Positions 28,550-40,538 of a stretch of DNA of 64,000 bases are shown one piece after another. Positions within the stretch are counted from its first letter, which is position 1; each line of letters begins with the position of its first letter. The translations under genes and the position numbers were made by a program. The notes below the pieces were generated by a model. That model was not told the DNA's origin. It worked only from the letters and a program-made list of their open reading frames with translations, and searched no databases. Source of the stretch: Octopus vulgaris (Eukaryota); assembly GCA_951406725.2 (NCBI GenBank), contig OX597823.1, positions 24,490,001-24,554,000 of the forward strand. The letters are read 5' to 3'.

Positions 28550-31500
28550 TAAAGCAGCAGAAAATTCAACAAAACCTGTTACTCTGAGTTTCCTGTTGCC
28601 GTTCATCGGACAGTTTTTGCTAGAATGGAACCGATATGTCCATATCGGTTCCATTCTAGCAAAAACTGTCCGATGAACGGCAACGGGAAACTCAGAGTAA
28701 CAGGTTTTGTTGAATTTTCTGCTGCTTTAAATAAAGCATATTACTCTACCACTGATATTTGAGTACTCCTTTTTCCACCTTGTTTCACATTTATGTGTTT
28801 ACTCCGGTGTATATATATATATATATATATATATAGCCTCAGTATATTCCATTACAATTTGCCTTTCTTCAGTGTTAGAGTTACAGCTAGCCTGTCTTTA
28901 ATTTAATTTATTGTTTTTATTCTAATATTCCTCTTCGTTGTTATGAGCCTGCATCAGTATTGTCTCTATCCTGAGCTTGTTTCATTTTCAGTCTGTTGAA
29001 AATTTATATATCATGTTCTTAGTATATTTCCCCCCTCGTTCCAGTCATGCAACTTCTTTGTTCACAGTACACCCACCCATTTCTGCCACTTCATCTATAC
29101 TACAAGTCTTCCTTCTATACCAGATACTCTTCTTCTTCTTCTTCTTCTCCTTCTTCTTCTTCTTCTTCTTCTTCTTCTTCTTCTTCTTCTTCTTCTTCTT
29201 CTTCTTCTTCGTCTTCTTCTTCTTTTTCTTCTTCTCCTGCAGCTGCTCCTCCTTCTTCTCCTCTTCTTGAAACTTATCTCGTGTATCAGAAACACTTTTA
29301 CTTTCCTCACCAAATTTCTACTCCCATCAGCACTTTATCAACCACACTATTGCAATACCAAAGGCATAGCTAGCATCCTCACCTTGCTAATGTAACTCAA
29401 GCATACTTACCAGTTCACTAATTAATCTGTATTATTTATATTTCATAAACAATGGTCGTCTGCTACACACTCTTCTAGTAGATGCAATGGGGATAGGCTG
29501 ATATAGTTTTTACTTGTTGGTGACATTCATGCAAATATATTCAGATGCTGAATACTATTCACCATCACCTATTCCTTCTTATTATCAATTACACATCCTT
29601 GGAGTGAACATAATCAATGTAAGCACATTGAAAGTTAGGTCTGGTAGTAAGATTGTCTAAATGCAAGAAAAGAAGCATGAAGATGTGTGATGCATTCAAG
29701 AAGTAAGGTGGAGGGGTGCTTCAGCCAGGTTCATCACAGGCAAAGAACATAAATATAAAATATTCTGAGTAGATAGTGGTGATGGGCTAGATTATATAGG
29801 CATATTTCTAGATAAAAATTGGCTGGGTAAATTGATCAAGGTAGTCAGAATGTGTGACAGGATACATATGCTTAGATGAGTTTTGCAAAGTAGTACAACT
29901 ACATTAAATTTTACATTGGATCAACCATGGATTTAAAAAAAAACTTTCCCACTCATGTAAATATTTCTTCCTCCAACACAAGACATGTTCATGAAATATT
30001 AGTCTTGGAATATATGCATGACATTAGATAAAAAATATACACACTATAAATTATAGTAGCTATACTACATACAATGGATCCCTATAAAGAAGATAGATGT
30101 AACTACTGTTTATGCATAACTAAAGCATTGGAAATTTTTATGGGTAGAGAATAATAGAAACAAAATGATCATTCACTGTTTGCAGAAAAACTCTTGACTA
30201 TTCAATTTCTATAAGAACAGAAGTATAAAATATGAAGTTACAATATTCACATTTCACATCTATATTTGAATTATAAGTATGGAAGAACATAAGTAGTTGA
30301 TCTAACCATATTGAAATTCCTACATATTGTCTTATACCTGTCTATAGCATCATCATCATCAACCAATATCTTCCTTAAGTCAAAACTTTGCTCCTGCACT
30401 TTCACCAAAACATTGCAGATAGAATAGTTTCTTGACCAAAAGAAGGTTGCAAGTTGGAGATACAGGTTTATGCACTGAGGGACCCATCCACCCTCATGTC
30501 ACTTTCAATAATTTTCCTTGAAGAGAATATGTTCCTCTCCATTCTCATCTTCTTTACACAGTGAAACTTTAAAAATACAGATTACAGATTGACTGAAGAC
30601 ATTAAGTCCAAATTGCCAGGCCTTTCAGCCTCATCCATCACACAACCTCTTTTGCTATAGCTAGCAGACAGAGGAAAAGGAACATCTCTGCTCAGTTAAA
30701 GGAGGATTTGAGGTAATCAAAATGATGGACTTGAATTACCAGATCTGTCCCACACACAATAGCATCAGTTTGACATAAGTCTGCATGTGACAAATTTCTG
30801 GACATGGAATATAAATTGTTTTGAATAAAATAAACAGTGAATTTAGAAATAATATTTCACAGGAAAAGCCACAAAGACAAAAAGGCTTTAAGATTAGGAA
30901 AATACATACCAAGTCCATCAATAATATAGAACAGTAGACAGAAATAGATACATGGGATTATTTTATGGTCTTCAGCAAAAATAGTTATGAAAGACTGCTT
31001 TTGTTATTTCAATGTGGCCAAAATGCTCTGGATACTCAGTTCCGTTTCCAACATGACTTTGATATTGAGCCTGTCAGTGATCATTTGTTGAGAATCCAGT
31101 TGCTACCCTGTTTTGTATTGCCTGCCCACCCATCATTGTTTCTGGGTATTTAATACCTGCCTTTGTAAATGAAATATGTCAGTGAAACGTTATTAATAGA
31201 ATCATAATATAAAATGTAAGAAGTTAAGGGCTGAAAGACTTGCCTGAGAGGGTCTTCTCTGAAGATCTGCTGTTCAGGTCCCTTGAGAGCTTCTTGCCAC
31301 TAAATGTGAAGACAATTAAAAAAGGGAAGGAAAAAATTAAAAGATAATAAGGAGCCCAAGACTTAGCTCATTCATATTCTTCTGAACTAAACTATACTGA
31401 TTGCACGGGAGGAAATTTTATCAAAATAATAGTGGTAGCTACTAGGTCATTTGTCATAAGTGTGTATTTAGCCGGCTAGAAAGAAGTAGGGAGGCTTGCA

Positions 31501-33786
31501 CTGAGAAAAACATTAATGCTTTTCATATCTAACCAACAAAGAATTGAAATACCAATTACTATTAAATGCTTAATGATGGTTAATGATTAGAATACGTTGA
31601 TGTTGTAACTTCCAAATTCACTTTCTTGTTCCTGTGCTTTAGTGTATCTTATTGATAAGTGAGTAATATCAAGCAAATATTTTAATATGTATTTTATTTA
31701 ATATATTAAAAACCAGAAATTCCTTCTGACTTATCCTTAACTTACTCTTAAAATATCTCAATAAACTTAATTCTTCTTTATTATATTTTTCTGAAATCAT
31801 TCTAATATTAACTGTATCCTTAATAATTAACTGGAGGTGGAATAATCTGACTTACAGGGGGACAATTGACTGTTCTCTTTGTTATAAATACTTCACCCTG
31901 TCTTCAGTTTGAGAATATATTCACATCATGACTTGCATAACATTTTTTCCTTTAATAATACTTCAACAATTAGGAAGAATTTTAATTTGCTCTGTTTTGT
32001 CTTTTGCCACAACCTGAATCTAATAAAGCAAGATAATAAATTTCAATGCTTTCTTAGTCAGAGGCAAAGAACTTGTATGTTTATTTTGGTATAAGCCACC
32101 CATTTTTATCTAGTTGGTCAAACATTGACCAAAACTGTCTTATAATAAGTGACATAGTTCCTGTAACCATTGCTTTGGTCATTACTGGAAGACAGTATGG
32201 TTTAGCTCTGGAGAAGATTAATAGAGTATGTTCTCCACTTTCTTCAATTGTTTGATTATGACATTTATTAATAAATGTGACTATTGTATTTGGGAACTAT
32301 GATACTCCAAACTTATCAGAAACTCATGTAAGCTAACTGGAATAAAATATGTAAATATCCATCATTTTTGTACCTTTCCTATAATACGCTGTAACTACAT
32401 ACCAGCTTTACTCGGTGACTAAACTTTGAGACTTACAAATTGGACTGGTAATGTTTTGTTAAACCAAGGATTATCTGGATTTCTAAATCTATCATGGCTC
32501 AGCTTTGTTAGTCTGGTTTCCTTTTCTACACAGAGAGCTTACATGATATTTCACCAGGATCCTTAATCATTTCTTTTCATGTGATATATGTATGTCTGTA
32601 TGTGTGTGTGTCAATATCTTTAGTTTGTTACAGTCAATATCTTATATTCTAGATTTGTCATTATCTCTTCATTCACATCCTCCTCCTGACATATATTGAC
32701 CATTGATATTAATTTCTATTATCACTTCCAGTTATTACAATAGTTAACTGTGGACCTCCCAAAGATGTTGTTGAAGCAAAGAAGTCCTACACTACCACCA
32801 CCTATAAATCTGAAGTGACCTACACATGTCCAGGAGGACGAAAGTTGAAGTCAATGTGTAAAGACGACAATAAATGGACTCCAGTTACATCCAATTGCAA
32901 AGGTAATGTAAATAGGTTCTCTTTCGTTGTCTCTTTCTAGGTTTTTTTTTATTAAATATCTTTGTCAGAGAAAGAATGACTGTATCCATGACAATTTCCA
33001 TGGTATTTGTGGCTGGTTGAAGGGAGAGAGAAACCTATCCTCAGAGGAGAAAACTTCCTAAATCTATGCAATAGAGAGAGCATAATTAAAGCTATCCAAG
33101 ATTCAGACAATGGTATTAATTTGGGTAATGGATTAAATCTGCCAAACAAGAGCAGCAAATGAGGCAGTGTATTCTCTCCAGCAGGCGTCTGTATATTTTG
33201 TATCTAACATATTCCATTCAAAATCCTTTGTCCTGAAGCGGATTTTTAATTATGGAGCCATAAGTCCACACAATGCCACATTCTTGTTCAGTAAAATCTA
33301 CAGCTCTACCTCAGCAAATCTAGGAAGTTTTTCTCTTAAATTCTAACTTCAGCTTTCTTTCGCACACTTCATTTCATCCCTTGAAACTCTGTAGAATATA
33401 GTGCATGGAATTTTTCTTTACTAGAAAAAGTTCTGATGCTCTAATGGTCTTCCATTCCACCATCCTAAATCATTATGAGACAAATGATGATAGTGCTTTT
33501 AGATAGAAAAAGAGGCAACATTTTTCATTAGAAAGATGTTAGTATCATTACCTCCAGTACTTGATTGCTATTTTGTGTTGTTGACCCACCCCTGACAGGA
33601 ATGAAACATAAAGTTAATATAGGCGTAGGAGTGGCTGTGTGTTAAGTAGCTTGCTTACCAACCACATGGTTCCAGGTTCAGTCCCACTGCGTGGAACCTT
33701 GAGCAAGTGTCTTCTACTATAGCCTCAGGCTGACCAAAGCCTTGTGAGTGGATTTGGTAGATGGAAACTGAAAGAAGCCCATCGTA

Positions 33787-33818
<32 letters not shown>

Positions 33819-36800
33819 GCATGGAAAGCGGATGTTAAACGATGATGATGATGATGATGATGATGATATATATATATATGTATGTGTGTGTGTATATGTT
33901 TGTGTGTCTGTGTTTGTCCTCCCCAACATCGCTTGACAAACGATGCTGGTGTGTTTATGTCCCCATAACTTAGCGGTTCGGCGAAAGAGACCGATAGAAT
34001 AAGTACTAGGCTTACAAAGAATAAGTCCTGGGGTCGATTTGCTCAACTAAAGACAGTGCTCCAGCATGGCCACAGTCAACTGACTGAAACAAGTAAATGA
34101 GTATGGGCTGGATTTCAACTGCGAACATGATGAGCCTGTATACATACCATAAAGCATCTCTTCCAATGCTGTAATTAGTATACAGGTATACATTTAATAT
34201 AAAGATTAAAATGATGATGAAATCCTTTTCAAAGTAGAAGGAATTTTATCTTGGACCAATTGAAGAACCACCCACATCAAAGGTCACCGTGAACTTCTGA
34301 GACAAGAGTCCTTTCCGTTCAATATTCTTTGACCTACAGGTTTATGCTATGTGGAACCCACCTACCCTCATGTCACTTTAAATAATTTTCCTTGAAGAGA
34401 ATATGGTCCTCTCCATCCTCCTTTTCTTTACAAGTGAAACTTTAAAAATACAGATTACAGATTGACCAATGAGCAAATTCCCAATTACCAGACCTTTCAA
34501 TCTCATCCACCACACAACATCTTTTGATATGGCTAACAGACAGAGGAAAAGAAACTTCTCTACTCAGTTAAAGGAGGATGAGGGGCTGTCATAATGATGG
34601 ACTTGAATTACAACCAGATCTGTCCCACACACAATGGCAGCAGTTTCACATAAATCTACATGTGACAAATGCCTGGACATGGAATAAGTGCATGGAACAG
34701 CACTCTTGGACAGAAATGTTTGATGGTATATCCATGACTGTAGATCTTGTCTTGTACCAGTAATGCACTTTGGTAGTATTGCCAAGGATTCCAGGTAGTT
34801 GTTCATAGTATTCTCTGATGAAAAGGATCTTTGAAACAATCTTTCCAGTTCATTCTCATGAATGCCTAGAATATCCTTGAGAATATTGGTTCTCTTTCCC
34901 CTCTGCTAATCTTCTATAGATTGCTAGAGTGTAACACCTACCAATTCCATTGTCCAGGTTAGGTTTGATGTGGCATACTTAGGATTACATTAGGTAATCT
35001 GACCTTCCCTTCTTAAGATTGTGGAATGTAATTAAGAGAGATTTAGTTAATATATCTAACATGTTGGACATCCAATAGAGTGCTTCCACCATGGTGGTCA
35101 ACAGTAAATATTAACCCTCTGAAAGATCTTATACAGCTTATCTGTCAGTATAATCTGATGCCTGGTTCAACACTACCACATGACCCTTCAGGGGCAAATG
35201 TAGTCGAGAATACATCAGCAATGATAACATATTTATTAGAGATGCATGCATTCACATTGAGCCACAGATGCATTGATTGGGCAGGGATGATATGAATCTC
35301 ACAGGTGTAGAATGGAGGATACCGTCAACACTTCATGAGATTGCTGTTTCTGTCATGAATTGCTATGTCAGAAATAAAAATATGACCTCATTTTAATCAG
35401 TCATGTATTTATTATTTAAGTATATGACAAACACAATTAGAGAAAGCAATGAGATTGTGTGCCATTCGCATCTTTCTGAAGGGCAGTAATTGTCTATGTA
35501 AATTGAACTGACTTAGATTGACAATTAAATCCAGATTATTGACTCACACCACTCAATTCATATATATACATTAAAAGAACAACTAGGGAAAAATACTCAT
35601 ATGACTTACAGCATGAAAAATAAATAATAATGTGTGGGGCAAAAGTGTATTTACTAGCATGCAAGCATCTCATTATCATTTCCAAAACTCTATTAATGAG
35701 CTTCTCATTAATCCACAAAATACACAGTGATTCTTCAGAGCATAGTCAGCATCTCTTGTAAAGAGCATTGTACGATTATGCATGTCATATTGTGGTCCAA
35801 GTGAGATCGTATTCGATCATATTATCTTTAAGTTGCCACAAAAGTACCAACATCACTGGGATATCTCTTGGCATGCTAGTAAATGACCATTTGCACCATA
35901 TAGTAGATACAAATTAGCATAACCGTTGACAAAATTAATAATCACAATTTACCTAATTGTATGGATGAATAACAACTTCCTTATTTTTAGAAATACCCCA
36001 CCATATAATTTATCAACACCACTGGGATAATTCTTGCCCCTTGTATACTGCTTAGAGAGAGCTAAAGGCTAACTTGGGCCTGTCAATATATATCGCTATC
36101 CAAAAGATGAAAACACAAGAAACCTACGAGTGACTACACTGGATATCCTAAACCTGGCATTGATGTTTTCTACAGGCTATTGGTTGTTTGATTAGCTGCA
36201 CATTCAAAAAACACCCTTCTACTCTGTGCACCATTGTAGACTGCATATGCATGCTACTATGGACTACAAACAATATGCCTAAATGGAATATATAATCAGA
36301 GATTACACTATGTTCATGCAATTCTTGATCTGTTGCTGACTTATGTCATTTAGTTGTTTCATTATTATATTGCATAATTGTACTTGCCACCTCTTCTTAT
36401 GCATAACATCTCTGTGTCTGTGTGTCCGATTTATCTATTTGTACTTAAATGGTTGTGTATCTGTGCACGATTACATACATCTATGTGCCTATTCATATAC
36501 ACTTATATAGATGTGGAAGTATCTATGTACAGAAATGTGTTTCAGTGTATGCGTGAGCATATATTTCCATGAAGATGTGCCTAGAAATGTATGTAAATGT
36601 GCCTTATATACAAATAACTGTAAATATATGTGTATTCATACATATACATATAGCAATATATACCAGACTGTGTGAATATGTTCATGTGAGTATATATGAG
36701 TGTATATCAATATTTATTTCTGTATTTAAGTGTGTATAAGTACCATAAATATAAATCAGTGAGACTGAGTGTTGCGCAGCATAGAATGTGTGACCCCCAC

Positions 36801-38438
36801 CAAGCGGTATTGTTTCACTTGCCACTAATCAATACCAGCTTTATTAACACTTACTTAATTCTGTGTACAAATGTCTGTATGTGTGCCAGACCACACGTCT
36901 GTGTGTTTGTATGAGCATGTATACATATTCCAGGCCATTTATATGTGGGTGTTGTACATCCATATCTATTAACAGTGTCATGTAATAACTGTTTTTGCTG
37001 TATTGTGTATTTGCTTCTTTTTGTATCTGATCTTTTTGATCAAGCTTCCATAAGAATGAAACTCTATCCCTTAACTTGCCATTTCTATCTACAAAGACCA
37101 ATAAGAAACTAAGCAATAATAAGTTGTGTGAAACAGTTTATTTTAATGAGACACCTCTTGAAATCACCTGAAGAAACACAGCTACACTGACAGAACCTGA
37201 TTCCTTTATATGTATCCTCAATGCAGAATTTGTGAATTTGTGTTTAAGTTCTGTATCTATCATAAATATTGGTAACATCAACAATAATTATATTCTTGTT
37301 AACAACGGATGGAATCCATAGAGCATCAGACAAACTGCACTGGGTATTTTTGTTCTAGATGTATTATATAACTTTTGAATTCAAATTCTGCTAATGTCAA
37401 CTCTGCCTTTTCAGGCCCATTAAAATTTTTAAAAAACCAGTCAAGTGTAGGAGTCAACTTAATTGATTAACTTCTACCTCAAATGTTTGTCTTTTTTCTA
37501 TATTAGAAATCATTGTTGTTTTTGGTGTTTACATTTGTCTCAATCTTCCTTTAATTCCAGTTTCTAAGATCCATTTTGTGAAAGTAAAAGGTGCAATTCT
37601 GGATGTACCTGGAAAAACTTTGGGGAGTACTGAAAGTGTAACAACAGATGTCTGTGCAGAAAAATGTTTGTCTAACAAAAATTGTTTATCATTTGAAATG
37701 AAGAGAAAAAGTGGAAAATGCTACTTATCAAAGGAAACTGCAGCTTCCTCCAAGAAAATAAAAGCAGCCAAAGGCAAAGATTACTACCAACGAGTAAATG
37801 GTAATTATTCTTTGTGTTTCTATTTTCTATTACAGAAAGTGACCTGATCTTAGACCATGTACTGAAACAAAAACAATTGCAGCATGGAAGGTGTTTATAA
37901 ACCATTTAAAAACACACAAAAACTGTTAGATTCACTTCAACATTTAAATTTAATTTGCCAAAATATTTTTGTCGCTGTGAGACTGCGACCTGTTCACTGA
38001 CAAAATTCTGTGCTTTATCTATTTTGGCAAATTAAAATGAAATGTAGAAGTGAATCTAACAGGTTTTGTGTGTTTTTAAATGGCTTACAAGACCTTCCAT
38101 GCTGCAATTGTTCTATTTTCTAGTATTACTGAAATTTGTGATTCCATTTCTATGTCATAGTACAGTCTATTCCAATAGAACATCCACTTCACTGGCACCT
38201 CTGTCGGTGGCACGTGTAAAAGATTCAAGCAAGGTCATTGCCAGTACCGCCTGACTGGCCCCCGTGCAGGTGGCACGTAAAAAGCACCCACTACACTTTC
38301 GGAGTGGTTGGCGTTAGGAAGGGCATCCAGCTGTAGAAACTCTGCCAGATCAAGACTGGAGCCTGGTGCAGCCATCTGGTTGCCAGCCCTCAGTCAAAAC
38401 CGTCCAACCCATGCCAGCATGGAAAACGGACGTTAAAC

Positions 38439-38477
<39 letters not shown>

Positions 38478-39221
38478 ATATATATATATATATATAGTAT
38501 TTACAGTTCCTAAAATTGCTTATTTCAGGAATGTGTTTGTGCCTGTGGTTATAGATAAACTTGCCAATGTCTTTAAAGAAACAGTTCTATATATATCGTG
38601 CCGGTGGCACACATAAAGCACCATCCGACCGTGGCTGTTGCCAGCTTCGTCTGGTCTCCATGCCGGTGGCACGTAAAAAGCACCATCTGATCATGGCCGT
38701 TTGCCAGCCTCGCCTGGCACCTGTGCCGGTGACACGTAAAAAGCACCCACTACACTCACGGAGTGGTTGGCGTTAGGAAGAGCATCCAGCTGTAGAAACA
38801 CTGCCAGATCAGACAGGGCCTGGTGCAGCCTTCTGGCTTCCCAGACCCCAGTTAAACGGTCCAACCCATGCTAGCTTGGAAAGCGGACGTTAAACGATGA
38901 TGATGATGATGATGATATATATATATAGGAATATATATATATTTCAGGAATGTGTTTGTGCCTGTGGTTATAGATAAACTTGCCAATGTCTTTAAAGAAA
39001 CAGTCCTATATATATATATATATACGCGCGGCTGAAGAAGGCCACAGACATACATTATGCATTGTTATAAATCTGTCTAATAAAGGCCCGAAACATATGT
39101 ACCGCTGAATCCTTCGCATCATGTTTTTATTTTATTTTGATCAATTTACTCCACCACCTACACCACCAAACGGTATACACAGGTGCTTATAATTATCAAG
39201 TACTCACCCCGAATTTCTATA

Positions 39222-39317
<96 letters not shown>

Positions 39318-39321
39318 ACTG

Positions 39322-39392
<71 letters not shown>

Positions 39393-39899
39393 TTATTTTA
39401 TAGAAGGAGCTTCTACAGGACTAGAACTGTTTCATTCAAATGAAATCATCAGGAAGCTTGGTGTCAAGAATAGTTTTGGCATTTATACATTTAGGCAGGT
39501 GGTGGGGGACTTTTTTGGGGTAGGCATGGCGCAAACTGTCTTTCTTAGGGGAGTGGTCAAAAGAATCAGTGATAAAGTAGATAAATGAATAAATAGAATA
39601 ATAGAATAGAGTTTGAGGTAAATAAGAAGACTATTGCTTATATATATATATACATACATATACACACACACATATATATACATATATATACATACATATA
39701 CGTACACACACATACACATACTCATACATACACCCACACACATATATATATATATACACACACATATATATATATATACAAATACATATACACATACATG
39801 CCAACATGCTAGCACACGCACACATATATCTACACACATATATATATAAAAGAATATACACACCCATACACACACACGCACATATATATACACATATAT

Positions 39900-39940
<41 letters not shown>

Positions 39941-40503
39941 TATACATATGTGTATACATGCACACATATACACACACATTTCCTCCCTTATTTTATTTTA
40001 ATTTTTATTTTGACCTCGACCTACCAACCCGGGGCGCTGAAGTAGACCCTCCTCAGGGAGCTAGCCGGCCTAAATGAAAACCATTTATTGCCCCTCTCCC
40101 TTCCTTTCTATCTCTCTTCCCACAGATATGAGCACAAACACTCACACACACACACTCACACGCACACTCATACACATACACAAACGCACATGTTCTATGT
40201 ATACACTTACATATACACACACAAGTACACATATTCATACATACATAAGTGTACCCACTTTCACATAAACGTACACATAACTATGTACACACAGAACCAC
40301 ATATATAAATGTACTTCAGTACACATAAACACACATGAACATATATAGGACTGTTTCTTTAAAGACATTGGCAAGTTTATCTATAACCACAGGCACAAAC
40401 ACATTCCTGAAATAAGCAATTTTAGGAACTGTAAATACTGTTAGGGCATTCTCATACAACATTTGTTCATAAGTAACACTTTTCTGTATGTCTTCAATTA
40501 CTT

Positions 40504-40538
<35 letters not shown>

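Noticed and set aside
28977-29373. Poly-F/S/R ORFs, and similarly the poly-S/C, YI-, CV- and HT-repeat ORFs across the window
   Set aside because: They are translations of TTC, TAG/CAG, TA, GT and CA microsatellites with no coding signal.
30900-32560. Possible old LINE remnant in the D1-A4 intron
   Set aside because: No diagnostic motif could be read with confidence.
33621-33700. tRNA gene
   Set aside because: A/B-box-like motifs are present but there is no complete cloverleaf, and the sequence continues into a multi-copy SINE body.
35628-35902. MITE with atttactagcatgc inverted ends
   Set aside because: Only about 14 bp match perfectly, with no clear TSD or second copy in the window; too weak to call.
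38170-38915. CRISPR-like array from the recurring ggcacgtaaaaagcacc motif
   Set aside because: Irregular spacing, eukaryotic context and no cas genes; these are internal repeats of a SINE/LINE tail.
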